Source: a virus | Virus record (IMG/VR): IMGVR_UViG_3300000530_000014 | Coordinates: 4,968-68,967 of that record | DNA: 64,000 nucleotides | Strand: one strand, 5' to 3' | Shown here: positions 1 through 10,279 of the stretch, in pieces | Position numbering within the stretch: position 1 is the stretch's first letter | Layout of the letters: each line of letters starts with the position of its first letter | Made by a program: the position numbers and the translations under genes | Notes under the pieces: generated by a model | What the model was told of the DNA's origin: nothing | The model's input: only the letters and a program-made list of their open reading frames with translations | Databases searched by the model: none

Positions 1-125
1 TGACTATACATATTCTTGTTCAGAATTTTATTGTCATACCAACATTCTGTAAGATAGATGTTATCTGACATTTTAAATACTTTGGCAATTCTAGTTCCTT
101 CTGTATATACTGTTAATAGTTCCAT
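1..125 (-). CDS. hypothetical protein, partial (runs off window start)
   Basis: ATG at 125 with AGGAG 7 nt upstream; reads MELLTVYTEGTRIAKVF... and stays open to position 1; not in ORF track. Confidence 0.6.
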   Translation of the reverse strand, partial: MELLTVYTEGTRIAKVFKMSDNIYLTECWYDNKILNKNMYS

Positions 126-135
126 TTTTTAACTC

Positions 136-2238
136 CTATGCTATTAATTTAATAAATTTATTTAACACTACTTTATTTTCCAATTTTGATTTGTTATATT
201 TTGAGAAGGCAGTTATCAATTTTCTTTTTGATGCATTATCCTCTACTTCAAATTCTTCGTTTTCCAAATCTGTAATTTTAAGAATGTAATATTCATCAAA
301 ACCAACCGATGTTACAACCGAATGATTTACATTTCTTAATGTTGATTCAACATATTCTTTTGCAGCTGGTGGAGTAAAATCTAAAACGGTTTTTTTGAAA
401 TATCTTTTGTTTACCAAATAAAATCCAATTACATGTGAATCTGTAATCTTTTTAAGACCTTTAATTAATTCACTTGTAGCATCCATTCTGCCATAATTTG
501 GCATTTTAATTTCAATTTTGGATACAGGATCTCTCAATACACTAATTCTTCTAGATGAATAAAATGGATTCATATGAACTGATCTTTTATTTGCATCGTA
601 ATAATTCCTTAAATAGTTACCTTCACCATCAGTTAAAATAATTGTATTAACTATCTGTAAATTATTTTTTGATTTAAATTGATTAACCAATCTCATACCA
701 ACAATAATTGCATCATTTAAAGGTGTACCACTTAATCTCATAAAATTAGGTATAGTATCATCGTTATAAACATCCAATAAAACTGTTGACATGTATGTGT
801 ATTCTTCCATATTCATTTTACTTGAAAGAAAATTTAATAATACAACATCCAATACAATATCATTTTCTTTTATATCAGATACAATTCTTTCCATTTTTTC
901 TTTTTGTTCAGGAATATCTCCAAAACTAAGTCTATCACTGAATCCATAAACTTCAAATGGAATATTAACTTTTTTACAAAACATGGTAATATACAATAAT
1001 TGTTTTACTGTTTCGTGCAAATGTTCGACCATTGAACCTGACCAATCAAGAAACAAAACAAGACCATGTGATTTACCTTGTGGCACAATACTGATTTTTT
1101 TGAAAATATCCTCATTAAATTTATATGAAAATATTTTAGACAAATTCAAATCACCAGTTTTTGATGTTGATGCTTTCTTTAATTGATCAGCATTTTTTCT
1201 CAATTCAAATTCTTTTACCATATAATTAACAATTTTATTTGCATTTTTCTTAAATGATAAATATTTTTCTTTTTTGTGTCCTAACAATTCATTGTAAAAA
1301 GAATTATTTAATAATTCTCTTTCATATTCTTTCACTTGTTTTACAATTATTTTATAATTCATAATATAATCATCAACAGTTTTCATTTCTGGAATATTAT
1401 AATATTCATATTCAATACCAGAATTTTCAAATAATGTTTTTTGATTTTTATTTAAAGCTTCATCAGTAAAAGATTTTAATGAATCATCTTTGTTATCATT
1501 TTTTTCATAAAAATCATTTTCTAAAGATTCATTTTCTTCACCATTTTCGGAATCAGATTCTTCTGTATTTTCATCTGAATCACCATAATCGGAATCTAAA
1601 TTCATATTTTTTTCATCATTTTCATCAAAATCATCCTCTTGATCCTCTTGGTCATCAGGTTCAAATTCTTTCATTTTTTGTTGTTCTTCAAGTTGTTGTT
1701 GCATGTAATCTTGAATTTTTTTTGAAACAATAATAACATCATCAAATGATTTTGTTTTTCTTACTTCATTTAATAATTCTTGTTCTATTTCATTAAATTT
1801 GATTTGTAATTGAGCACCAACTTTTTCAACAAGATTGATTCTATCAATTAAATTAATTGTTTCAAATGGTATATCTTTTACACCAAAAAAGTCACGATCC
1901 CAAAGATCACGATAACCTTTAATAAAAGAGAATTTTAAACCAGGATATTTGTCTTTTATTTTTCTTTCGATACGAGAATCTTCAACAACATTAAGAATTG
2001 ATTTTTTAATACCAAGATTCAGACATTTTGTTATATCTTCCAACTTAGTATAAAGTGCGTGGGATACTTCATGACCAACAAAAAGATCATAAAGGTATGG
2101 TTGAATATTGTTATTCAATGTAGGAATTGTTAAAACACGATTTTTTACATCAAAACTAGCTGTCTGAACATTTTTTTGTTCAACGATTAGATTTTCTGTT
2201 GCCATTAATTTAGCCAAAAGTGACTTGGATTCGATCAT
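136..2238 (-). CDS. CobT-like metallopeptidase/vWA-domain protein of T4-like phages
   Basis: N-terminal HEVSH (HExxH) motif, acidic D/E linker, vWA MIDAS motif LFLDWSGSM and ILTDGE; GGAG RBS. Confidence 0.8.
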   Translation of the reverse strand: MIESKSLLAKLMATENLIVEQKNVQTASFDVKNRVLTIPTLNNNIQPYLYDLFVGHEVSHALYTKLEDITKCLNLGIKKSILNVVEDSRIERKIKDKYPGLKFSFIKGYRDLWDRDFFGVKDIPFETINLIDRINLVEKVGAQLQIKFNEIEQELLNEVRKTKSFDDVIIVSKKIQDYMQQQLEEQQKMKEFEPDDQEDQEDDFDENDEKNMNLDSDYGDSDENTEESDSENGEENESLENDFYEKNDNKDDSLKSFTDEALNKNQKTLFENSGIEYEYYNIPEMKTVDDYIMNYKIIVKQVKEYERELLNNSFYNELLGHKKEKYLSFKKNANKIVNYMVKEFELRKNADQLKKASTSKTGDLNLSKIFSYKFNEDIFKKISIVPQGKSHGLVLFLDWSGSMVEHLHETVKQLLYITMFCKKVNIPFEVYGFSDRLSFGDIPEQKEKMERIVSDIKENDIVLDVVLLNFLSSKMNMEEYTYMSTVLLDVYNDDTIPNFMRLSGTPLNDAIIVGMRLVNQFKSKNNLQIVNTIILTDGEGNYLRNYYDANKRSVHMNPFYSSRRISVLRDPVSKIEIKMPNYGRMDATSELIKGLKKITDSHVIGFYLVNKRYFKKTVLDFTPPAAKEYVESTLRNVNHSVVTSVGFDEYYILKITDLENEEFEVEDNASKRKLITAFSKYNKSKLENKVVLNKFIKLIA

Positions 2239-2268
2239 TTGATTCTCCGTTTATCAATTTATGACTCT

Positions 2269-2297
2269 ATTATGACACAAAATCGTGTTTTTGTCAA
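2269..2297 (-). promoter_or_regulatory. sigma70-type early promoter
   Basis: minus strand TTGACA-N17-CATAAT upstream of the vWA gene. Confidence 0.75.
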
Positions 2298-2351
2298 GGA
2301 AATTCGATTTTTTGCTTATTTTTTCGAATTTTTGTTGTTTTTTTACAACAA

Positions 2352-2504
2352 CTATTGATTTTCTTTGATGAAATCGCTTAATTTATTGTAATTTTCAAGA
2401 TCCTCTTTCCAAAGACGCATTCTAGTCACCGCTGAAAGTGCTTGATCTAGTCTTTGCCAGGGTTCCATTTGTTCATTTTCAACTAAAACTGTATTTTCTT
2501 GCAT
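2352..2504 (-). CDS. small hypothetical protein
   Basis: ORF track 2352..2543; AGGTG RBS favours start at MQENT (2504). Confidence 0.55.
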   Translation of the reverse strand: MQENTVLVENEQMEPWQRLDQALSAVTRMRLWKEDLENYNKLSDFIKENQ

Positions 2505-2517
2505 TTTTTCACCTTTT

Positions 2518-2700
2518 TCATTGTTTAATAAAATAATTTTCACTATCTTTTAGGAATTGTTCATATTCCTTTTGAGATTTTTTCTTTCTTACTTCCGAAT
2601 TCTCATTTCTTCTATGTTTTTCCTTCGTAAAATTTTTTTGATAATCATAATCATCACTGTAATCGTGATTTTTTCTAAATTTTCCTACGAATTTTGACAC
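2518..2700 (-). CDS. small basic hypothetical protein
   Basis: 60 aa ORF with GGGAG RBS, in operon orientation. Confidence 0.65.
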   Translation of the reverse strand: MSKFVGKFRKNHDYSDDYDYQKNFTKEKHRRNENSEVRKKKSQKEYEQFLKDSENYFIKQ

Positions 2701-2709
2701 ATTAACTCC

Positions 2710-3132
2710 CTATGGTAACATTTTTGGAAATGCCTCTTTAACAAATTTATATGTTAAACCTTTAACACCTTGATCTTTTCTAAAGATACCAGCAATTACT
2801 TCAGCTTCTCTTGGTTCTAAAGATTCTAACATTTGAATTAATAACTCATTACGCTTTCTTTCTGTTAAAGATTCTGCTGTAGGATCACCTTTTCTAAACA
2901 AATACAATTTTTTTAATACATGATTGATTGTTGATAAGGAAATACCAGGAAGAGTATCTGGAATTTTATAATTTTCGGGAATGTCATTAACTTTCCACTG
3001 AATTTCTGGATGAAAAGTTAATTCCAATATCGTAACTAAAGGTTTGGACAGATTCTTTTCAATTACTGCCATTTTATCTTTTTTTGTTTTCGCTTCTTCA
3101 AATTCATCAAACACTTCATAAATATTTTTCAT
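2710..3132 (-). CDS. conserved T4-like phage hypothetical protein
   Basis: 140 aa, helical, tightly coupled downstream of RNase H. Confidence 0.7.
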   Translation of the reverse strand: MKNIYEVFDEFEEAKTKKDKMAVIEKNLSKPLVTILELTFHPEIQWKVNDIPENYKIPDTLPGISLSTINHVLKKLYLFRKGDPTAESLTERKRNELLIQMLESLEPREAEVIAGIFRKDQGVKGLTYKFVKEAFPKMLP

Positions 3133-3133
3133 T

Positions 3134-3979
3134 TTAAAAATCCTCTATTACATCAATTAAATTTTTTAATTTGTTTTCAATAAAATAAGTTAACAACTTT
3201 GATCTAGGAGGAACTTTTGTTTCCTCATATGTATTTATGATCTTACGCTTGATCTCTTCTGGTATGAAGGATAAATCAATCAGTGTTTGATTTCTTGACC
3301 AATATTCTTTTTGTATTTCAGTATAATTTTCATATGATTCACCAATCAATTTTTCTTTGATACCTTTTGTTAGTGATTTTTGTTTACCACCTAATACAAA
3401 AACATCACCGGGAGATAATATATTTGGAATACCATCACCTTTATCACCTTCAAGAATTTTTAATTTTAATTCTAATGTTGGATTTTCAGATTTTATATAT
3501 TTCTTTTGAACAGGATTATATTGTGAAACATTTTTACCATATTTTTGTAGTTGTAAAAAGTCACCATCACTGGAAAGAATAACAATTTTTTCTTCTTTAG
3601 CAAATAAAGGAACTAAAGTACCAATGATATCATCTGCTTCAGCATGTTCAACATCTATTACTTTGTATGGAAAGTTTTCTTTCAATTCACTTTTCATTTT
3701 ATTAAGAACATTAAAAATCATATTCCAATCAAGAGCAGATTTTTCTCTTGATTTTTTTCTACCTGCTTTGTAATAAGGGAAAATTTGTTTGCGCCAATAA
3801 TCTTTATTATCACAACACAATACAACCTCACCATATTCTTTTTTAAAGTTTTTAATATGGAATCGTAATGTATTAAGAATCATGTGACGAATAAGATCCT
3901 CATCAACAGGATCTTTCGTTTTTTGCACTTGAGGCATAATACCAGAAATTAATACTTGTGTTAAATCAACTAATATCAT
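3134..3979 (-). CDS. rnh: T4-type RNase H / 5'-3' exonuclease
   Basis: ILVD, YKAGR, EADDIIG, SSDGDFLQL, GDKGDGIPN motifs of the FEN1/T4 RNase H family. Confidence 0.92.
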   Translation of the reverse strand: MILVDLTQVLISGIMPQVQKTKDPVDEDLIRHMILNTLRFHIKNFKKEYGEVVLCCDNKDYWRKQIFPYYKAGRKKSREKSALDWNMIFNVLNKMKSELKENFPYKVIDVEHAEADDIIGTLVPLFAKEEKIVILSSDGDFLQLQKYGKNVSQYNPVQKKYIKSENPTLELKLKILEGDKGDGIPNILSPGDVFVLGGKQKSLTKGIKEKLIGESYENYTEIQKEYWSRNQTLIDLSFIPEEIKRKIINTYEETKVPPRSKLLTYFIENKLKNLIDVIEDF

Positions 3980-4003
3980 AATAAATCCAATTTACAGTTA
4001 TTA

Positions 4004-4360
4004 TTATGAATTATAACATACTGAATTAACTTTGTCAACTATCTCTTGAACAAATTTTGGAGAGTTGGTTGTTTTTCTGGCAACTACACCATACCAACCT
4101 TGAGGAATCATTTGTGACAGATATTCAAATGGTTCAATTAATACAGCATCAAAATTATCAAAATCTATCAATTCATCTGTTTCTTCATGAAAACGATATA
4201 AAAGAATATGATATGATTTTCCTAAATCACTTTCATTAACAGAATCACCTGGATCATTGTATTTGTTTATTTCTACTCTTATTGTACCGTCTTCTTCACC
4301 TGGATTTAAAAATATACAATCGTATTCTTTTTTTGAAAGTGGTTTTAGAAAATCTAACAT
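4004..4360 (-). CDS. hypothetical protein
   Basis: 118 aa ORF in operon, no recognised motif. Confidence 0.65.
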   Translation of the reverse strand: MLDFLKPLSKKEYDCIFLNPGEEDGTIRVEINKYNDPGDSVNESDLGKSYHILLYRFHEETDELIDFDNFDAVLIEPFEYLSQMIPQGWYGVVARKTTNSPKFVQEIVDKVNSVCYNS

Positions 4361-4776
4361 CTTAATCCTTTTATATGTGTTTTATGGACTCTACACATTA
4401 TCCATGTATTATAATATTCATCATTTTCTAAAACAGATTTTGTGAATTGTTCTTTAGCTTCAAGATATCCACATTCACCTTTTGTTTTACACAAATGGAT
4501 AATTTCTCTTTTGAAATTCTCTTGACCTAATTCTGAAACATCTTTTTTTAATTCTTCATTTGAACCAAAATAAGTTTCCCAGTTTGAAAAAACTTTATAT
4601 CTTTTTTTCTTACCTTTTACTTGTTTTGTTTTTGAAGAATAAAAAAACTTTTTACCGATATATTTTTTATTACTAATCAAGTTAGTTATAATATACACGA
4701 ATCCGTAGTATTCGTCAATCATTTCTTCGGTAAAAAAATGGTCTTTGTATAACCAATTACCATTCTTCATCTTCAT
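4354..4776 (-). CDS. GIY-YIG (Seg-like) endonuclease
   Basis: GFVYIITN...KKYIGKK, YFGS and conserved Glu (YLEAKEQF). Confidence 0.85.
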   Translation of the reverse strand: MKMKNGNWLYKDHFFTEEMIDEYYGFVYIITNLISNKKYIGKKFFYSSKTKQVKGKKKRYKVFSNWETYFGSNEELKKDVSELGQENFKREIIHLCKTKGECGYLEAKEQFTKSVLENDEYYNTWIMCRVHKTHIKGLRC

Positions 4777-4945
4777 CTAAATCCTCATCATATGATTCTT
4801 CATATTCTTCATTAATATCTTCAATCTGTTCACCACAGAACGGACAATGTTCTGGATACTCACTTGATACTAATTCTTCAGGATAACTTATGAAGAAAGA
4901 TGATTCACAATTTAGACACTCTCCTGATATTGCTTTATCTGCCAT
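4757..4945 (-). CDS. small zinc-ribbon protein with acidic tail
   Basis: CLNC...CPFC. Confidence 0.75.
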   Translation of the reverse strand: MADKAISGECLNCESSFFISYPEELVSSEYPEHCPFCGEQIEDINEEYEESYDEDLDEDEEW

Positions 4946-4957
4946 TTTATTTTTCCT

Positions 4958-5947
4958 TTAATTGGCCCAAACATCACCCCAATTTCCGGATAAAGATCCT
5001 TTAGCATAATCAGTAGCACGATTCTCAAAAAAGTTGGTATGTGTTGGTGCATTAATCATTTCTTCTACCCAAGGTAACGGATTTCTTTTTACTTTGAATA
5101 TACCTTTTAGTCCTAAAGAAATTAATCTTCTATCAGCTATATATCGAATATATTTCTTTACATCATCTGCTTCTAATTTTTCCATCGAACCCATAGAGAA
5201 AGCTAAATCAATAAATTTATCCTCAAGTTCTACCATTCTTTCAGCAATAGTATAAATTTTGGATTTTAATTCATCGTTCCAAATTTCTCTATTTTCTTCT
5301 ATATATGTTCTAAATAATTTGATCATTGATTCACAATGTTGTGTTTCATCAACGATTGACCAAGTAACGATTTGACCCATACCTTTCATCTTACCATTAC
5401 GAGGAAAATTCAATAACATAATGAATGAAGAAAATAATTGCATACCTTCTGTAAATGCACTAAACACTGCTATATGTGTTGCTGTATTTTCTTTTGTTGT
5501 ATTCTTAGATGAAATATCCATAACATAATCATGTTTCTCTTTCATTTCCGCATACTCAAGAAATTCATTATATGTTGTTTCTGGTAATCCTAATGTTTCA
5601 ATAAGATGTGAATAAGCAGCAATATGTAATGCTTCTCTTGCAGCAAATCCTAACAACATCATACGAACTTCTGGTTGAGGAAAATATGGAAGATAATTCT
5701 TAACATAACCGCCAGCTACATCAATATCACCTTGTGTGAAGAATCTAAAGATATTTGTTAAAAAATGTTTTTCCTCTTTGCTTAATTTCTTTTTCCAATC
5801 TTTCATATCCTCTAACATAGGCACTTCTGTATGTAACCAATGTGATTGTTCATGTTTCAACCATGAATCATATGCCCATGGATAACTGAACGGTTTAAAA
5901 TATGTTCTCTCATCAGATAAATTTAAATCTTTTGCTTTTTTAATCAT
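4958..5947 (-). CDS. nrdB: ribonucleotide reductase class Ia beta subunit
   Basis: FFTQGD, EALH, radical Tyr (AAYSHL), EGMQLF, DETQH, NFFE; start adjusted to MIKKAK. Confidence 0.95.
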   Translation of the reverse strand: MIKKAKDLNLSDERTYFKPFSYPWAYDSWLKHEQSHWLHTEVPMLEDMKDWKKKLSKEEKHFLTNIFRFFTQGDIDVAGGYVKNYLPYFPQPEVRMMLLGFAAREALHIAAYSHLIETLGLPETTYNEFLEYAEMKEKHDYVMDISSKNTTKENTATHIAVFSAFTEGMQLFSSFIMLLNFPRNGKMKGMGQIVTWSIVDETQHCESMIKLFRTYIEENREIWNDELKSKIYTIAERMVELEDKFIDLAFSMGSMEKLEADDVKKYIRYIADRRLISLGLKGIFKVKRNPLPWVEEMINAPTHTNFFENRATDYAKGSLSGNWGDVWAN

Positions 5948-5949
5948 TA

Positions 5950-7734
5950 TTATCCCTCGCAAGCTATACAATCGTTACCTTGAGCAATCTGTGTCATATC
6001 CAATTCTTTAATGACCTGTCTCTCAATTTTTTTAGATACTTTATCTGCTTTACCAATTTTTTCTGAACGGCAATAGTATAAAGTTTTTAGTCCTTTTTTC
6101 CAAGCCATAAAGTGTATAGCGTGTATATATTTGATATTAGAATCTGGTCTAAAGAATAAATTCAACGATTGTGCTTGATCGATATATGATTGTCTATCAG
6201 CAGCTAAATCGATAACCCATCTTTGATCAATTTCCATGGATGTTTTAAATACATCTTTTTGTAAATCATCTAATATATCTAAATGTTGAACAGATCCATC
6301 GTTAGCAATAATAGATGACCATACATCATTATACTCTTGTTCATCTTTTATTTTTTCACGAAGAATTTTATCTAACCATTTATTTTTGTTTAAGTATGAA
6401 CCTGACAATGTATCTTGACGATAAGCATTTGCACGATAAGGTTCAATACTAGGACTTGTATTACCCATGATAATGGATGAAGAAGCATTAGGAGCAATTG
6501 CCATCACATGACTAAATCTTCTTCCTGTACCATGAGCATCAGGTGCTTCTCCCCTTTCTTTTCCTAACTCTAAATTAGCATGATCTAAACTTTCTTTAAT
6601 ATGTTTAAATATTCTATTGTTAGTACCCTTTGCAACAACACTTTCAAAAGCGATTCCACTTTTTTGTAAATATGCATGAAAACCTAATGCACCAATACCA
6701 ATACTTCTTTCTTGTTTGGCAGAATATTTTGCTCTCTTAATACTATTTGGAGCATTATTAATAAAATACTCCAAAACATTATCCAACATTTCAGCAACAT
6801 CTTTTAAGAATAATTTATCGTCTTTCCATTCATCATAGTATTCTAAGTTAAGTGATGATAAACAACAAACAGCAGTTCTTTTTTCATTTGTTGGTAAAAT
6901 AATTTCTGAACAAAGATTTGATTGATGGATTTTCAATCCTTTATTTTTTAGAAAATCTGGTAACATACGATTACTTGTATCAATATAATGAATGTATGGT
7001 TCACCAGTGTGCATACGCAATTCCAGAATCATTTGCCATAAGTGTTTTGCTGATACAACTTCTCGTATTTCACCTGTATGTGGATCTTTTAATTCCCAAT
7101 CATCTTTTGCTTCTGGATCTAACATACATTTTTCAATGATTTGCATAAAATCATCTGTAATATTGATTCCATGATGTAAATTCAAACATCTAACATTAGG
7201 ATCTCCGGTAGGTTTTCTCATTTCAAGGAAAGAAATAATGTCAGGATGAGAAATATTAAGATAAGCGGCATAGCTGCCACGGCGAGTACGACCTTGACGA
7301 TAAGCCAAAGAACTCGCATCATATATTTTAAGGTGTGATAAAACGCCTGTAGACTTATCATCAGCAGAGCGAATACCAAAGCCAATACCAACACCGCCCC
7401 CGAGCATACTGAGCCAATTAGTTTCTGATAAGTTATCAACTAAACCCTCCGCTGTGTCTTCTATATAATTGAGAAAGCAAGAAATTGGCATACCTCTTTT
7501 ACTACGACCAAAAGAAAGAATAGGGGTAGAATAAGATAACCAATGTTTACTAGAATATTCATATAATCTCTGTGCATGATGTCTATTGGAACCAAATGCT
7601 TTAGAAACAAATGCGAATCGATGTTGTGGTGATTCTTCATCTTCTCTCATATAAGATTCTTTCAATCTTTTTATTCCTAATTCATCGAATAATTTATCTC
7701 TTTCCAAATCAATTTTAATTCCAAGATATTCCAT
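5950..7734 (-). CDS. nrdA: ribonucleotide reductase class Ia alpha subunit (short, no obvious ATP cone)
   Basis: STP, PISCF, QGRTRRGS, SNLCSEI, APNASSS, DQAQS, KTLYY, C-terminal CIACEG; start adjusted to MEYLGI. Confidence 0.95.
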   Translation of the reverse strand: MEYLGIKIDLERDKLFDELGIKRLKESYMREDEESPQHRFAFVSKAFGSNRHHAQRLYEYSSKHWLSYSTPILSFGRSKRGMPISCFLNYIEDTAEGLVDNLSETNWLSMLGGGVGIGFGIRSADDKSTGVLSHLKIYDASSLAYRQGRTRRGSYAAYLNISHPDIISFLEMRKPTGDPNVRCLNLHHGINITDDFMQIIEKCMLDPEAKDDWELKDPHTGEIREVVSAKHLWQMILELRMHTGEPYIHYIDTSNRMLPDFLKNKGLKIHQSNLCSEIILPTNEKRTAVCCLSSLNLEYYDEWKDDKLFLKDVAEMLDNVLEYFINNAPNSIKRAKYSAKQERSIGIGALGFHAYLQKSGIAFESVVAKGTNNRIFKHIKESLDHANLELGKERGEAPDAHGTGRRFSHVMAIAPNASSSIIMGNTSPSIEPYRANAYRQDTLSGSYLNKNKWLDKILREKIKDEQEYNDVWSSIIANDGSVQHLDILDDLQKDVFKTSMEIDQRWVIDLAADRQSYIDQAQSLNLFFRPDSNIKYIHAIHFMAWKKGLKTLYYCRSEKIGKADKVSKKIERQVIKELDMTQIAQGNDCIACEG

Positions 7735-7751
7735 ATAAATTCCTATTATTT

Positions 7752-8108
7752 TTATTTTGTGAATTGTTCTAATGATGGTGGAGTCCAACCTTCTGGTTTA
7801 AGAACTTTACCATCTTCTCTTTTGATAACTTTACCTGTTACAGGATCTATTTTTGATAAGTTTGATCTTGCTACTTCATCCCATGCTCCTTTTACATCAT
7901 ATCCTTGCATGTAACAATAACCTAGAATAACCCAAATCATGTCCATGCAAGCATCTAAATCTTCTTCTCTTGAATATGCCCTACAAAACTCATCATATTC
8001 TTCACCAATTAAAGTTTCATATAAATCAGCATTATCTTTTGACTTCTTTTGATCACATGCTTTAATAAATTTTTTCACATCATTAAACATATTACTACTC
8101 ATGAACAA
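7752..8108 (-). CDS. MazG-like / PRA-PH-like nucleotide pyrophosphohydrolase
   Basis: EEYDE, DACMDMIWV, EVARSNLSK, GKVLKP pattern. Confidence 0.8.
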   Translation of the reverse strand: MFMSSNMFNDVKKFIKACDQKKSKDNADLYETLIGEEYDEFCRAYSREEDLDACMDMIWVILGYCYMQGYDVKGAWDEVARSNLSKIDPVTGKVIKREDGKVLKPEGWTPPSLEQFTK

Positions 8109-8742
8109 ACTCCTTAATCATTGGAAAAATATTTTCAATAACACTAGCACATTCTATTGCAACCTGTCTATGTTCTTTTTGAGTTCCACTAGCACTTCGT
8201 AAGTCTATATAGTGAACCCAAGAACGCAATGTTCCATTCATATACATTCTACTTTTTGTTAATCCTTCTGGTAATACAGCTCTTGCTTGTTCTTTAGCTA
8301 TACCATGTCTAATTGCCCATCTGTATGTTTCATCACAAATATCAGTAATTCTTTCTTGTTTAAATTTCCAATATGTTTGCAAATCTTTATCATTCGTTTC
8401 GATGCTATTTTGTCTATTTTTTGTATCTTGTAGTCTTGCTTCTCTGATATCAAATCCCATTTCTGATGCATCAGCATATCTTTGACTGAATTCTTGAAAA
8501 GAAAATGATCTATGTCTTAAAATTTGACGAGCAATATCTCTTGTAGTATTAATTTCTAAACAAACATTGACCATTTCTAAAGGAGACCAATGTTTATTAT
8601 TGATTAAATATCTTACAAGTTTTTCTGCTGTTTCTACATTATTTTGATTTGAGGGATTAGATACTCTGGCAACATATGCAATTTGTTCAAGCAAATTTCT
8701 ACCTTCTGTATCTTGTGAGTATGATATAAGTTTTACATTCAT
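8095..8742 (-). CDS. thyX: flavin-dependent thymidylate synthase
   Basis: HWSPLE, RQILRHRSFSFQEFSQRY, EQARAVLP, QKEH. Confidence 0.95.
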   Translation of the reverse strand: MNVKLISYSQDTEGRNLLEQIAYVARVSNPSNQNNVETAEKLVRYLINNKHWSPLEMVNVCLEINTTRDIARQILRHRSFSFQEFSQRYADASEMGFDIREARLQDTKNRQNSIETNDKDLQTYWKFKQERITDICDETYRWAIRHGIAKEQARAVLPEGLTKSRMYMNGTLRSWVHYIDLRSASGTQKEHRQVAIECASVIENIFPMIKEFVHE

Positions 8743-9752
8743 TATATTTTTTTCCAGTTTACAAATTCCATTTTCGCTCTAAGATTAACAAAAGTATTTT
8801 GTTCAATTATATCCAATAATTCTTCTTGTGTATAACCACTCAAAATCATATCGTTAATATCTTTTTCTTCAATCATTTCAGGCCAAATAACAACACTATA
8901 ATGATTATCAATAGCTTTTTCTAATTGTTTAACAATTTCTTTATTTCTTGGTTCGTTATCAAAAATTAAAGTAATTTTTGTTTTATCTAAAACCTTACTT
9001 GCTGCTTGTAAATTTGAATCTGCTGTTGCAACTGCATTTGGTAAGAAAAGAGAATCAATTGGACCTTCTACAACATATACCATCTCTTCTTCGTTTATAC
9101 GATCAAGTCCAAATAATTTATTTTCAGATTCATCAACCTTCACTGTTATATATCTAATTTTGGATTCAGTTAATGATCTTCCTTGAAAACAAATAAGATT
9201 TTTTTCTTTATCATAAAAAGGTATCACCAATCTTTTTTCGTCATCAATTAAACCATTTTTTTCAAGTTTCATACTTTCAACAAATTTTTTAAAATCTGGA
9301 GAATAATATAAATTACCATAATGTTCTTTTGGTATTTGTCTATTGATCACATATTCTTTGGCAAAATGACCTTCTGGTAGTTCATCTATTGATTCCAAAT
9401 CGATTCGTTTTTTGAATACAGGTTTATCTTTAAACTCTTCAAAGGACGGTTTTGGATAGTTATGGTTGCGGGATTCATTATTCTTATATCTTTCTAAAGA
9501 ATACTCTTTTAAAAGTGTTGAATCGACTTTATCCAAGAAATTATAGAATGTATGACTGGCACCACAGTTATGACACCGAAAGAAATAATCATTACCCTTT
9601 CGGTATATAAAACCCCTAGCTTTTGATTTGTTTTTTTGTGAATCGCCACAGATTGGGCAACGAAAATTATAAAGATCCGTCTTTTTCTGAACGAATCTTT
9701 CTAATTTATGTGAAACACGATGCAAATAAGTTCTATCAATATAAACACTCAT
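8742..9752 (-). CDS. T4 gp61-type DNA primase
   Basis: Zn finger CPICGDS...CHNC, FQGR, TOPRIM VEGPIDSLF, FDNEPRN, KDINDM. Confidence 0.93.
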   Translation of the reverse strand: MSVYIDRTYLHRVSHKLERFVQKKTDLYNFRCPICGDSQKNKSKARGFIYRKGNDYFFRCHNCGASHTFYNFLDKVDSTLLKEYSLERYKNNESRNHNYPKPSFEEFKDKPVFKKRIDLESIDELPEGHFAKEYVINRQIPKEHYGNLYYSPDFKKFVESMKLEKNGLIDDEKRLVIPFYDKEKNLICFQGRSLTESKIRYITVKVDESENKLFGLDRINEEEMVYVVEGPIDSLFLPNAVATADSNLQAASKVLDKTKITLIFDNEPRNKEIVKQLEKAIDNHYSVVIWPEMIEEKDINDMILSGYTQEELLDIIEQNTFVNLRAKMEFVNWKKI

Positions 9753-9772
9753 AATATACCAATAATGTAAAG

Positions 9773-10267
9773 TTATCTAGCCAATAATTTTATAATTGTA
9801 TCAGGTTCTATCTTTAATAACAACCATGATAACACAATTATACCACCTGTTACCATCCATTTCCACTTATCCAATTGTTTGTGTTCTTGGTAATTAAATG
9901 ATTTGGTTTTTGATATTTCATCTTTAACCATATTTAAATTATCAGAATCATCTAAAGTGTGTTCTTTAAAATCTTCTCTAAAACTTCTTAATTCTGACAT
10001 TAGTCGTATTTCTGCTTCCCTAATACTGGTTATAGCATCATCTATTCTTTCGTGTATTTCTTTTTTATCATCATTATCTTCAAGTCTTCTATTTTCCATT
10101 CTTTCATATATTTTTGAAATACTGGCTGAATGGTGTTCAACTAATTTATCAACAATATTGTGTAGTTTATCTGATAATGCTGTTAATGTAGATACTTGTT
10201 GCTTAAGAATACCAACATCAACTTTTTGTTCTATACACTCTTTTATTTTTTGTTGTTCTTCTGACAT
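9773..10267 (-). CDS. coiled-coil protein with C-terminal membrane anchor
   Basis: KWKWMVTGGIIVLSWLLL hydrophobic tail after a long helical region. Confidence 0.7.
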   Translation of the reverse strand: MSEEQQKIKECIEQKVDVGILKQQVSTLTALSDKLHNIVDKLVEHHSASISKIYERMENRRLEDNDDKKEIHERIDDAITSIREAEIRLMSELRSFREDFKEHTLDDSDNLNMVKDEISKTKSFNYQEHKQLDKWKWMVTGGIIVLSWLLLKIEPDTIIKLLAR

Positions 10268-10279
10268 TTTTATTCCGTT

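Noticed and set aside
4354-4776. GIY-YIG gene as a mobile homing endonuclease insertion
   Set aside because: Catalytic domain only, in operon orientation with overlapping neighbours and no DNA-binding repeats; looks like a resident T4-like gene
4958-9752. Introns or inteins in nrdA, nrdB, thyX or primase
   Set aside because: All are contiguous, of normal or compact length, with no intein motifs
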